Part shown: piece after piece, positions 51,767 to 63,412 of the stretch
Position numbering within the stretch: the stretch's first letter is position 1
Layout: every line of letters starts with the position of its first letter
Assembly (NCBI GenBank): GCA_030704615.1
Contig: CM060734.1
Span: forward strand, 13,144,001-13,208,000
Direction: 5' to 3'
Origin: Takakia lepidozioides
Taxonomy: Eukaryota > Plantae > Bryophyta
Length of the DNA stretch: 64,000 nt
Made by a program: the position numbers and the translations under genes
Notes under the pieces: model-generated
Seen by the model: only the letters and a program-made list of their open reading frames with translations
What the model was told of the DNA's origin: nothing
The model's database searches: none

Positions 51767-53969
51767 CATGAACTATGTAATGTGGTATGTGGATGACCAT
51801 GATTTGAAATGTGTAATTCACATCAATTCGTCGGCTGTGCAATGATATGGCCTCCAACTATACGGAGTGAGGTCTGAGTGACAACTTTTAGGTAGTGCAC
51901 ATTTGTCATTGCACCGTTCGAAGTCTACATGTCTTGCTGTCGCTATGCACTACAATCATCTTTTGAAGATGATCATAACTCTCATTGTTATTTGAGGAGG
52001 GAGGAAGTCTTCTCGTGGCAGCCTTTATGGCGCACACTTTGTGAGGATATTTTGTCGTCTTCGTAATTGTAAAAGTGAAACAAACATTTGTAATTGCACA
52101 ATGTTGGATGCTGCAATTGTAGGCCTCAACGCTCGTCTTGATTCTATTTAGGCAAGATTCCCTGCATTAATTCCACGGTCATAGGACCATCCACGGTTAT
52201 AGGCGGCGCATGTTAATGCTGACGTGGCAGTTGACGGACAGTGCCACGTCATCATTTACCGCCACATCAGCATGCTGACATGACGCTCACGCCACGTCAG
52301 CATGTGTGCAGGCTCACGCCACGTCAGCTGGCGTGAGCGTACGCTCACGCCACGTCACTCCTGCGTGAGCGTACACTCGCGCGCTCACGTGCAACGCTCA
52401 CGCCATTGCGTCGTTGCAGGTTGGAGATGATATAATCAGCTCCAGGTATCTCTGCCCGAAACTAATTGTTGCGGGTAGATGAGGAGCAGCCGAATAGTGG
52501 AGCTGCGAGGGGATGCATCGCAGCCTGTTGGGAGCTTCAGCTCCAAGCTCATGAAGAGGTATGAGTGAAGAGAGGGGGCTGGTCCCTCTTGAGTACAAAT
52601 CAGTGCACTTGTGAAGCATCTTGAGTTGGAAGTTTCAATCTGAAACTCTAGCACGGTGAGGGCTCGTGGAGTGGCAAGAGCGGGGCTGGAAGGGCAACAT
52701 CGAGGCACCCTAGAGCCAAGGGATATGCATGAGAAGTGCAGGTGCACCAAGTTTGTAAAGGTGTGTATTTTCAGATTCGTTTTTGTGAGCTTCATGAAGA
52801 AATAGAGCTTGTTGGGCAGCATATTGCTTGCTTGTTGAGTTTAGGGTGCCTCTGGTGGGTCGTGAGAGCCCAAGAGAGCATGGCAGCAGGCCTGGTGGCT
52901 TCGCAGAAACCATAGCTCGGCGGCAGCAGGTGCAGGAGCAACCCCCAGCTCGGGGAGAGCTCGGGAACACGTGGGAACGCCTCGGGAATGCATGGGAACT
53001 CGTTGGGAGTTACAGGGAACGCAGGGAATAGTGGTCGTGAATCTTTTTTCACTCGTTTCGTGGGACCTTGATGGGGAGGCTAGGCTCTGAAGAACAACGG
53101 TTTTGAGCTAGCTGATCCGGCAGAAAAGTCAGAATTGCCTCTCTGTTTTCAGCCCAATTCTTAACTATGGGGGAGACCAGCCTGCAGGTAATTCCTTTGG
53201 ACAGAATGTTGTTGGGGCCTATATTTACCTCTATTTGCTCCATTTTTTAACCTTCAGTGAATGGCGTGGTTTCCTGAGGTGGTTCCATTATGAGGAATGG
53301 CTGGTGGACATAAGGAGGCACCAGCAAACCCTGTGAAGGCTTGCATGGGGCCTTGGAGGCCAAGTTTCATGAGCTCGTGGAGGGCGGTTTGAGGAGTGTC
53401 TACAGGATGCTCTCATGGTCATGCAAGTGAGAGAAGAGATGAAAAAAGAGGGTGTTGGGATGAGAGCGTGTTGGGGATAGTCATTGCTTTAGCTTCCCTT
53501 CCTCGTAGCTTTCCACCTTTTCTATAGGCCGAGACCTTTCCGTAGGTGGAGGCAAGAGTCAGTCCGGGTTTGGGCTGGGTTGCAGGAGCGACACTGTGGA
53601 GTTGTTTTTGGTGTGGGGGAGTTGTTGTTTTCATTCTTGTGTTTGGATCCCCTCCACACCTGCATGCTTGATTGTGCGCCATGCTAGTTTTGTGTGGACG
53701 CTTGATTTTATAGGTGGTTGACTCGGGCAGATGCCTTCGCGTGAGCCTAGCCGCGTGAGCGCGGCTAAGCTCACGTCACGTCACCGGTTCTCGCCACGTT
53801 GGCTCATGGGTCCGACGCCACGTCAGCAGTCTTCGCCAGCGTGGTTAACGCCACGTGACGCCTCACCATGTCATTTCCACGGGCGTACCTATGACCGCGG
53901 ACAAAATAGGGAGAAAAGGGCCTATAGTCGCGGAATTGGTAGCTGTAGACTGTTTTTTTTTTTTTTGCA

Positions 53970-55100
53970 TTTGACATTCAGCATTTGGGTGGATGTGATG
54001 ATCGGTGCCGATCATTACTTCTGGTTTTTTTATTTATTATTTATTTATTTGCTTTTAACATTTGGCATTTAGGTGGATGTGATGATCGGTGCCGAAAATC
54101 ACTTCTGTCGGTGCCGCCGATCTTTTTTATTTATTTATGCCGATCATCACTCTCCGTTTTTTTTCTTTTTTTTCTTTTTTTTTCTTTTTTTCCTTGACAT
54201 TCGGCATTTGGGTGGATATGATGATCGGTGCTGACCATCACTTCTGTTACCGATCACCGCTCTCAGTTTTTTTTTTTTTTTTGACATTCAGCATTTGGGT
54301 GGATGTGATGGTCGGCACCGACCATCACTTCTGTCGGTGCCGCTGATCATCACTTTCTGTCTTTTTATTTTTTATTTTATTTTATTTTATTGGCTTTTGA
54401 CATTCGGCATTTGGGCGGATGCAATGGTCGGTGCCGACCATCACTTCTGCCAGTGCCGCCGATCATCATTTTTTTTTATTTTTTTTTTGACATTCGGCAT
54501 TTGGGTGGATGCGATGGTCGGTGCCGACAATGACTTCTGTCGGTGCCGCCGATCATCACTTTCCGTTTATTTTTATTTTTTTGACATTCGGCATTTGGGT
54601 GGATGTGATGATCGGTGCCGACCATCACTTCTGTTACCGATCACTACTCTCCGTTTTTTGTTTTTTGTTTTTTTAATAAAAAAAATTGGTTTTTTTTAAT
54701 AATTTTAATTTGGCTTTTGACATTCGGCATTTGGGTGGATGTGATGGTCGGTGCCGACCATCACTTCTATCAGTGCAGCCGATCTTTTTTTTTGGCTTTT
54801 GACATTAGGGCGGATGCGATGGTCGGTGTCGACCATCACTTCTGTCAATGTCGCCGATGATCATCACTTTTTGTTTTTTTTTTTGTTTTTTTGTTTTTTG
54901 GCTTTTGACATTCGGCATTGGGTGGATGTGATGGTCGGTGCCGACAATCACTTCTGTCGGTGCCACCAATCATCACTTTCCGATTTTATTTTATTTTATT
55001 TTTAAAATAAATTTAAGGTGGCTTTTGACATTTGGCATTTGGGTGGATGCGATGGTCAGTGCCGACCATCACTTCTGTCGGTGCCGCCGATCATCACTTC
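53970..55100. repeat. Array of ~11-12 units containing the palindrome GTGATGGTCGG-TG-CCGACCATCAC separated by T-tracts
   Basis: Unit TGACATTCGGCATTTGGGTGGATGTGATGGTCGGTGCCGACCATCACTTCTG recurs every ~85-135 bp. Confidence 0.92.
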
Positions 55101-55129
55101 TGTTTTTTTTTTTTTTTTTTGTATGCTTA

Positions 55130-56163
55130 GGGAACGTCACTTGTTTCTAGAATTCCACATCTTGAAGATGAGGAGAAATTCGGCTCCTGTAAGAGGAAAT
55201 GGAACATCCCACCTGGTTCGGATTCCGATTCGCACAGGGCAGACCGTGATACGACGGCATGCTCCAGCATCAAACAGTGCCACTGAAATGATGCAGGAGA
55301 GAAACTACCCCCTTGATGTGCTGGAGTCCACATGCCTCGACCATGTTTGGCACATAGAACGCACAAGTGCAGGGTCTCGTGTGAAATGTACAGCGATCAG
55401 GGCAACTAATTTTGAAAAGTGCACTTCATCTATATCCAGAGGTGGTGCCTGGACTCCTGCTCCGACTTTCACGGGTTTGATGCGTCCATACGGCCAACCA
55501 GAAGCCAAGAACCACAAGTTCTGGTTCTGCGCAGACGATTGTGGTAGATGTGTGCATGGAACTGTGCGTCCTTCCGTGGTGATGAAGCCAGCTCCTCCAA
55601 CTGTTTGGCCTGTCAAGGTGGGAACACATCTCACGAGTCAGGAGATTGCAATGCTGGAGGAGGTAAACTTTTCCCTTGCGAGACAACCCCAACTGCATGC
55701 ATGTGCTTCTACTTCTACATCTTCTCGGGTCCCTCCGGCAAATCCTCACTTGTGGCCAACCAAACGAGATGGAAAGCTGGTTCGGCGTTTCCCTCCAACC
55801 GCTGAACACTTCGGCAAAGTGGAGTCCGCAAGAATGCTCCAAGCTCGTGTTGCAAGCACCACGGAAGTGCCCGATCCAGGATATGGTTGGGTGTACACAA
55901 TGATCACTTCGACATCTGCTGTTCATGACAGGGCCTACGACATCACGGTTTCCAATTTCCCCAATTGCACATGTCCTGACTTTGTGAATATGCTATCAAC
56001 CAGTTTGGGCAAGAGAGGTAAATTTATACCCTGCAAACATTTGTATTTCATATTTTTGAAGAGGATGGTTTGCGATCCCAAACGTGACAACTTTGTTCAC
56101 CAGGCCACTCTGAGTTTCAACGAGGTCGATACTCTATTGCAGCGGGATACAACACATAGGTAG
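55130..56163 (+). pseudogene. 3' part of the MULE transposase (SWIM-containing) in copy E
   Basis: Near-identical to the C-terminal part of ORF 50333-51766. Confidence 0.9.
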
Positions 56164-57333
56164 CATCTGCTATGCAATGTGGTATGTGGACGACCATGCT
56201 ATGAAATGTGCAATTTGCAACATTGTTATGGAAATTCAATTCAAATCAATTCGTTTGCAACATCGTCGGCGGTGCAATGATATGGCGTCCCTTATCCCTC
56301 CATTATGCTTCCAACTATACTGAGTGAGCTCTGAGTGACAACTTTTAAAAGCACATGCATCATTGCACCTTTCGAAGTCTACATGTTTTCCTGTCGCTAT
56401 GCACTGCAATCATCTTTTGAAGATGATCCTAACTCTCATTGTTATTTGGGGAGGGAGCAAGGTCTTCCCATGACAGCCTCTATGGCGCATACTTTGTGAG
56501 GATATTTTCTCGTCCTTGTAATTGTAAAAGTGAAACAAACATTTGTAATTGCACAATGTTGGATGCTACAATTGTAGGCCCGATGGTAGTCTTCATTGTA
56601 TTCAGGCAAGGATTCCCTGCATTAATCCCACGGTCATAGGACCATCCTCAGTTATAGGCGGCGCATGTTCATGCTGACGTGGCAGATGACGGCACAGTGC
56701 CACATCAGCATTTGTCGCCATATCAGCCTGCTGACATCACGCTCATGCCACGTCAGCGTGGGTGCACGCTCACGCCACGTCAGCTGGCGTGAGCGTACGC
56801 TCATGCCACGTCACTCCTGTGTGAGCGTACGCTCGCGCGCTCACGCGCAAGGCTCACGCCATTGCGTCGTTGGTTGACTCGGGCTTGATCACCGATCCAA
56901 CCCTAGAGCATGCTGTTGATGGTGAGGCTAGGTTGATGACCAGTCAGACCATCTTTGTTTCTCCTTTGGTGAGGTTGCAGGTGATGACCAGCCAACCATG
57001 GGAGTGCCTGCGGTGGATGCAGGTGCAGGTGCAGGCTATGTTAGGAACCTAGTATTCCAAACCATAAGCCGCATCAGGTTCTCTATCTTGGTTACCTTGT
57101 GGAAAGGAGGTTAGGGACATGTTCATGACCGGGTGAGTGTCAGTTTGTCAACATGGAGGTGCCACTAGTTGTTGGGGAACCGGTACGAGCACTAGCGATA
57201 CTAGCGGGTATACAAGACGGGATGTGTGGTTTAGGCCACCTTCACCTCCTGTGTCTTCTACGGAAGGTTTTGATTTGGATTGTGAATCCGGAGGACTCAC
57301 ACCGGCGGTGCAAGTTGTTCCCTTGCCATTGTT

Positions 57334-58638
57334 GTGGGACACAATGGAGGAGATGTATGGAGCCACCAAGGGGCCACAAGGTACTCTAGGGCAGTGGGCA
57401 CCATTGAGTTGGATGATTTTATCCAAGAGTTTGATAGTTGGTGTGACTTGCAGCAAATGCGCAATCCACAACTGTTTACGCCTTTCATGGCATGGAAGGG
57501 GCTGTTTCAACACCTTGAGAGGCCGCCCATGGATGATTACCATGAGTTTAGGCGGGGGCACGATGTTGAGATCGAGGAGTAGAGGATGTACTTGTCACCC
57601 GACTATGTCTCCATCACTAGAGGCACAAGGGCAGCAGCCACACCGGCAGCTGCACCAGCAGCAGCAGCTACAACAACAGCTTCCATGAGCAGTAGTGGGA
57701 CTAGTGGTACAGCAACTACGACGTCCACCCAAGCTACTGCTGCACCAGCACCAGTGGCGGTGCCTGCCTTCAACCCTATTATGGAGTTCTTCGAAGAGTT
57801 GAGAATGAACTACCAAGGGGTGAGGACAGAGAAGTTGAGGAGCTTGCAAGAGTTCCAACGGAAGCCTACTGAGAGCTTGAGGGAGGCTTTCACTCATATG
57901 AGGCGCTTGATTAATGTAACCTAAGGGGTTACGGAGGCTCAGGCAGTCCAATTCTGGTATGGGATATTGGACAAGGAGCTGAGGAGAAGGGTGCGGGATG
58001 CAACTCTCCTACAAGCGGCCCAACCCACCTTAGCAAATATGTTTTTGCTGGCAGAGCGGATAGAGCTCAACATAGTGGAGGAACGAGTGGTCATGGTGGG
58101 ATTTGCTAAGGAGGCACCACGGGGTAGTGGTGCTCCTAGCCAGCCACTACCTCAACATGCTCAAGGCAACAAGGGGGCTCAGGTGAAGCCGAGGGAAGGG
58201 CAGAGAGGACCTCAGATGCAAGGGTCTCTCCCTTCATTTGCAAGCCAACAACGGGCGGATGTGGTGTGCTGGACATGTGGAAGACCCCATGTCAAGAAAG
58301 ATTGCCTAGAGGGAGGCAATGGTTTGGCACTGGCACAGCCTGCACAGTTGCAGTGTGGGCATTGTGGCAAGTACAGGCATGGAGAGGCCCAGTGCTATGG
58401 TTTGCATCCTGAGTTGCGCCCAGGCCAGTTCCAAGGGAACAATGGTGGCCGGGGGCGAGGTGGAGCAGCCCAGAGAGGACGAGGTGGCCATGCACGAGGT
58501 GCAGGCCAAGGGCAAGCTCAACATGGCCAAGGACGCGGAGGTCAGGGTGTTGACCAAGGCATGGCCAACCGGCTTCAGCAGCTAGAGCAGAGACTCGCTG
58601 CCAAGGCCACAGCTGTTAGAGGGCTGTCTGGGACTTAG
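57334..58638 (+). mobile_element. LTR-retrotransposon gag with two zinc knuckles, decayed; its long 5' region (~40450-57100) probably hosts elements C and E
   Basis: LDDFIQEFDSWC..LRSLQEFQRKPTESLREAF..CWTCGRPHVKKDC, CGHCGKYRHGEAQC in one frame across stops. Confidence 0.75.
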
Positions 58639-58759
58639 ACACTTTTATGGGCTCTGTGGGGTACCCTTAATTTTTGCGCAGACTTACGGATGGTAGACTT
58701 AGACCAACAGAGGCCTTAGGGGTGACATGCACAGGCTTTAGGGGTGGTAGACAGACTTA

Positions 58760-58970
58760 CACACTCTGACACAGCCTTACACAGTCTGTCACAGTCAATC
58801 ACAATCTATCATAGTTAGTCACAGTCTATCACAGCTCGGCACAGCTTCGCACAGCCAGTCACAACCCGACACAGCTTTACACAGCCAGTTTCAGCCGACA
58901 CAGTCCGACACATCCAGTCATAGCTCAGCACAGTCACAGCCCGACACAGCTTGGCACAGCCCGCCACAAC
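58760..58970. repeat. Degenerate ~10-bp CACAG(T/C)C minisatellite, likely within an LTR
   Basis: About 20 copies of CACAG/CATAG with ~10 bp period. Confidence 0.8.
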
Positions 58971-60470
58971 GTACATAGGGAACGGTTATCATTAGCAGGG
59001 AACAACTGTGTGGGAACGACATCTGCAGAGGGAACGTGTTACTTCAGGGGTGACAGTTAGTTAGTTAGGCTTAGAACAGCTTGCAGGTAGATTAGGCATA
59101 GCAGCAACAGGAAGGGGATCACTTTTCGGGGAGCACTTCATGATCATGAGCAAAGGAGATCAGGCGGAGAACAGGAACGGAACCAAGGATGGAGAGATGA
59201 TTTGATCGATGCTTGAATCATGCAAGCTATAGAATCGTACTGTAGGACAAATTAGAGACACTATGGCTACGGTTTGATACTGAACAGAGATTAATATGAT
59301 ACACATACCTTACCCACACTGTGTAGAGAGAACTGAGTGAAGATGTGGAATGAATGGTTGAGCCATCAGAACTTGTTAGATTGCTGATATGAAGGCAAGA
59401 AGGAATACAAACAAGAAGCACTACCATGATACACTAGATGTAGGTCATGACTGATTGTTCTGAGCGGGCTGAGTGCTTAGAGGTATCCAACTCTTCTATC
59501 TTGGAGTTCTCTCCTCGGATAGCGAAGGGATGGGTTAGTAAAAGCCGCTCGACATTTGGCGACCATACTGGGGAACTGGGTCAAGAACAACCAGATGTGA
59601 CAGGCATCTGGTGGGATCATGGTGGTTGGAGAATTAAAGAATTTGATGTGAATCAAATTCCCTGTGGAACTGAGAAAGAATTCTTAACAGAGTGCATGAT
59701 GCAGATCCTGAGTGGGGTCTGGAGAAATGAGTGATAAAGATTTATCAAGTGGCCTGTAGAGGGAGAGTAAGTTGGTTACCAACGCTGGTTTATTTGATAG
59801 CGTTGTTATCCATAAAACGAGTGGAGTTTGAAGGCTGGGAGGAACGGAAAGTGAATGTTTACACTCATATGCATGAAGAGTTGGTACTGGTAAAGAATTG
59901 GATTCCTAAGGATATCCTGTGGATCAAATTGACACCAAGAACAGCTTTTCAGACGTACTTGCCATATGGTTATATGGTAACAGAGACTTCTAGTATAGCC
60001 AAGGGTGCATTGAAGCTTGAAAGAAACCCAGGCATATACGAGAGATACTACAGAAGAGAGTTTTGGTTATTGCCTCATTGAAGATATGAAAGACATGGGA
60101 CATGAGTGATGAAAGAGAAGCTAGACTTCACAGATATTCAGCAAAAAGAGAAAGTTATTTGAAAGCTAATTATCCATATCTTTGGGAGAGAGGAATAGAC
60201 ATAGGAGAATTGTCTGGACCTCTCACACCATTAAGATCGAAGAGTATATCACCCATACCGGAGGAACCAGAGTTGGATGCCACTCCTTCTTATTCTTTAC
60301 AAGAAAGATTAAGGGATTTGGTACAGGAAGAAAATCAACCACGAGGGGAGAGATCTGAGGTACATCCCTGGATCAAGGATTTGACATAAATCTTTGATAA
60401 GAGTTGGCATGGGACACCAAAGGCAGAAACTCTAGTTTCTGAATTACAAGATAAAGAGGGAGAGGAAGAT

Positions 60471-61209
60471 GTGGCAGAACCAACGGAGAGTTCAGACTCT
60501 CCCACACCACTCCAGTTGAGTTACATGAGTGCGGAAGAAGAAATCCAAGAAAAGAACTTGGAAGATGAAAACAGAGAGAAGAATTTGGAAGATGAGGAGT
60601 ATGAAGAAGTAGACCCAATAGTTGAGGTTGAGACTACAACCAGGACATCCCAACCCGTTGGACCTGGATCAAGTGGAGCACTTGAATCACAAGCCAACGA
60701 AGGTGTCGGCTCAGGGGGATCAGGCGGGAAGCTTGGATCTGGCTCTGGGGGGACAGGGAGTGTGGGAAGTAGTGCAATTGGAGCTCGGAATACTGTGAGT
60801 ATAGAGGGGCCAGTAGCAGGGAGTGCTCAAGGACCAGCACCAACAAGAGGACCAGCACGTGCCAGAGGGCAGGGTGTAGGGCCACAGATGGCGGTACCTC
60901 CAACACGGGCAAAACCACCTTTTCCAATATATGCAGGGAAAGGGGATCCTGATGTACACATTAGCCAATTTGAGCACATGTGTATTGTGAACAATGAGAA
61001 TGGCGATGATGCCAAGATGAGACTGTTTCCTTGTTCACTTATCAAGAAAGCAAGTGAATGGTATGCAAGATTTCCAGATATACATTTCCTAACCTGGAAT
61101 GGCCTTAGTACGGCATTCCGAAACAGGTTCAGGACAAGCAAAACTGAGGATGAAGTGTATGGCAGTTTACAACAGTTAAGGCAAAAGAAGCATAAAACTG
61201 TTGAGGAGT
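60471..61209 (+). mobile_element. Gypsy-type gag fragment of a second LTR element, truncated by element D
   Basis: FPIYAGKGDPDVHISQFE..FPCSL..ASEWY..TWNGLSTAFRNRF..LRQKKHKTVEE. Confidence 0.8.
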
Positions 61210-61590
61210 GCGGATGGCACATATTTTGGAAATTTGGCGCCATTTTTCCAGTTCTGGGCCCAGTCAATTCTGGGACTTAGCCATTTTTGGACCCTGTACT
61301 GGAAAAATGGCGCCATTTTTCCAGTACAGGGTCCGAAAATGGCTAAGTCCCTGGGGCGGATGGCACATATTCTGGAAATTCGGCGCCATTTTTCCAGTTC
61401 CGGGCCTAGTCATTTCTGGGACTTAGCCATTTTTGGACCCTGTACTAGAAAAATGGCGCCATTTTTCCAGTACAGGGTCCAAAAATGGCTAAGTCCCTGG
61501 GGCGGATGGCACATATTCTGGAAATTTGGCGCCATTTTTCCAGTTCCGGGCCCAGTCAGATCTGGGACTTAGCCATTTTCGGACCCAGTC
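61210..61590. repeat. 146-bp tandem repeat (2.5 units), each full unit containing an ~80-bp palindrome centred on GGCGCC
   Basis: Unit starts at 61210, 61356 and 61502; GGGACTTAGCCATTTT..GGCGCC..AAAATGGCTAAGTCCC. Confidence 0.9.
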
Positions 61591-61632
61591 TGGAAAAATG
61601 GATGTGATTCTGTCTGTGTTTTTTGAATGCAG

Positions 61633-63255
61633 GTACTGTAAGTTCTCCCTGTTGGAGAAAGGTCATCTGTCCTTCCAGCCGCCATTGTTCCTCGCATGGA
61701 GGAACCCTGGAGCTGACTCCATGTACACTGATGTTATCGTGAAGGAGTGGCATCTGGAGCATTTGCGCGACTGCCCTTGGTATGTGGACCTTCCTCCCGG
61801 CTCCCTCGACTCATCCGAGTTCCAATTGAAGCTGGATGTAGAGGCCCGACCAAACCGAGCTCCGCTGCCTCCGCTGGGTCCAAAGGAGGCGAAAGCGCTT
61901 GTCCAGTCCAGGAAAGCGGCAGAGCTTGCTTAGGCAGGTATTCAGGAGAAATTGAATGAGAAGAATAAAAGACAAATGAAAGGACACGGAAACAGGGGAG
62001 TAAAGTAACCCCCAAAAAACAGAAAACCACCGGGGCACCAGAGGAGGCGCAGGAGGGGCCCCAAGGGAGTGACTCCGACGACGACTTTGTGCAAGGTCCT
62101 GCGACTGCTGCTGCTACTACCAAGTCACCGGTCGTCCGGGTTCCCACTCAGTTCGGACTGGGACTGGCTCTGCCAAGAAGTTGGCATTTGAGGGCGAGCC
62201 TACACGGCGGTATTCGGCGGTGACGTTTCCGCAAAGGCTAAAGTTAGAATCCCCAACTATCATCCAATGCGTCAATGAGAGCTTTCTTGATGCTCTGGCT
62301 GCCAGGGCGAAGAAGGTGGCACACAACAAGTCTCTGGAGGAGCTGAAGGGGAAAGCCAAGAAGAGGGCTGCTGCTACAGAGCCTAAAGACACCCCTGGTT
62401 TGGAAGCCATGATGGAATTCTTCACGGCTGTGAGCACGGATTGCAAGAGCACTCGGGGGGGGGTTGAGGTGGAGAGAGCCTGTGATATGATTCTCCTCGA
62501 TATTCTAGATGGGGAGCTGTTGGAGGGCCTGGATGGTGTGCCCACCTGGAACAGGTTTACGGAGGACTACTGGAGAGCCGGGTTTGGGCTGGCGGGGATG
62601 CTCCTGGATGACGGTGGATGTATGGTGGTCCTTGCCACAAGAGGGAAGACCACAAAGAATGTTGTGGCAAGGTGGACACCAAAAAGTGTCACCCCGGTCC
62701 TCCTGAAAAAATGGTTCTGCATCAATACGCAGGGGTTGCGAACAGAGGGTCAGAGTGTAAGTTATCAATCTATTGCATTCACTTCATATTGTGGTGTATC
62801 TAAACTAGACCCTGGAGTGGATCCCTCTTTTGTTGGATGTGCAGACATTGGTGTTTGAGGCATATTGTTTTGTGAAGAGAGGGTCTACGTTCAAATTCCG
62901 CAATGACGGTCGTCTTGTTGATGCCGTTGTGGACCCTGTTACCTACGATGTCCTCTACAACTATGTGCCCCAATCCAGTATGCCGAAGGACACAAAGACA
63001 GGCAAACCATGGCGGTACAGCCGGACCCGGAGCCCTGCTTTCATCCAAACCCTCATGGAGACGTGCTCGGATGTCCAAGGGCGGATTCTTGACCTCACAT
63101 GCGGCACGGGTAAGCCTTCACGTGCACATTTTGTCCCCTGGCCCGATTGCAATTGCATGCCGCATGCTACTAACCACCCGCTTTGTCCCTCAGGTGCTTC
63201 AATGTGGGCAGGGACGTTGTCTGACAGGCATGTCTTTGCCTTCGCCTTGCAATAA
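61633..63255 (+). pseudogene. Beta-class DNA methyltransferase-like gene (copy D); introns ~62757-62844 and 63110-63193
   Basis: CDMILLDILDG..WNRF..LLDDGGCMVVL; RSPAFIQTLMETCS..ILDLTCGTGASMWAG..DRHVFAF. Confidence 0.82.
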
Positions 63256-63412
63256 AATGTTGCATTTCATTGCTATGACGAGTCCACTGGTGCCACATTC
63301 CAACTTCACATGACCCTATTTCCGTGCCTCCTAACCCTATTTCCGTGGACACACAATGGTCCGCTCATGCTCTTTTTTTTTCCACTCATGCTCATGCCGC
63401 TCATGAAATAGC

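Larger units (their letters stand above)
41084..52412. mobile_element. Structurally complete 11.3-kb MULE-like transposon (copy C) with transposase and ParB-MTase gene
   Basis: Imperfect TIRs GATGCCTCGGCGTGAGCCTGGTCACGTGAGCGCG vs rc GACGCAATGGCGTGAGCGTTGCACGTGAGCGCG. Flanking 17-mers match 14/17. Two divergent genes inside. Confidence 0.88.
53730..56868. mobile_element. Non-autonomous derivative (copy E) related to element C
   Basis: Left end GATGCCTTCGCGTGAGCC; right 1.7 kb nearly identical to 50660-52412. Perfect 14-bp flanking direct repeat TGGTTGACTCGGGC (53715-28 and 56871-84). Confidence 0.9.
61210..63412. mobile_element. MULE-like transposon copy D (MTase-side arm of family A/D), inverted relative to copy A
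   Basis: 61525-62710 is the reverse complement of 1-1185. Terminates in CTCATGCCGCTCATGAAATAGC. Confidence 0.85.

Noticed and set aside
53970-55100. CRISPR-like array (also 27825-28265 and 36515-37350)
   Set aside because: Spacers are low-complexity T-tracts, not unique sequences; these are internal transposon repeats.
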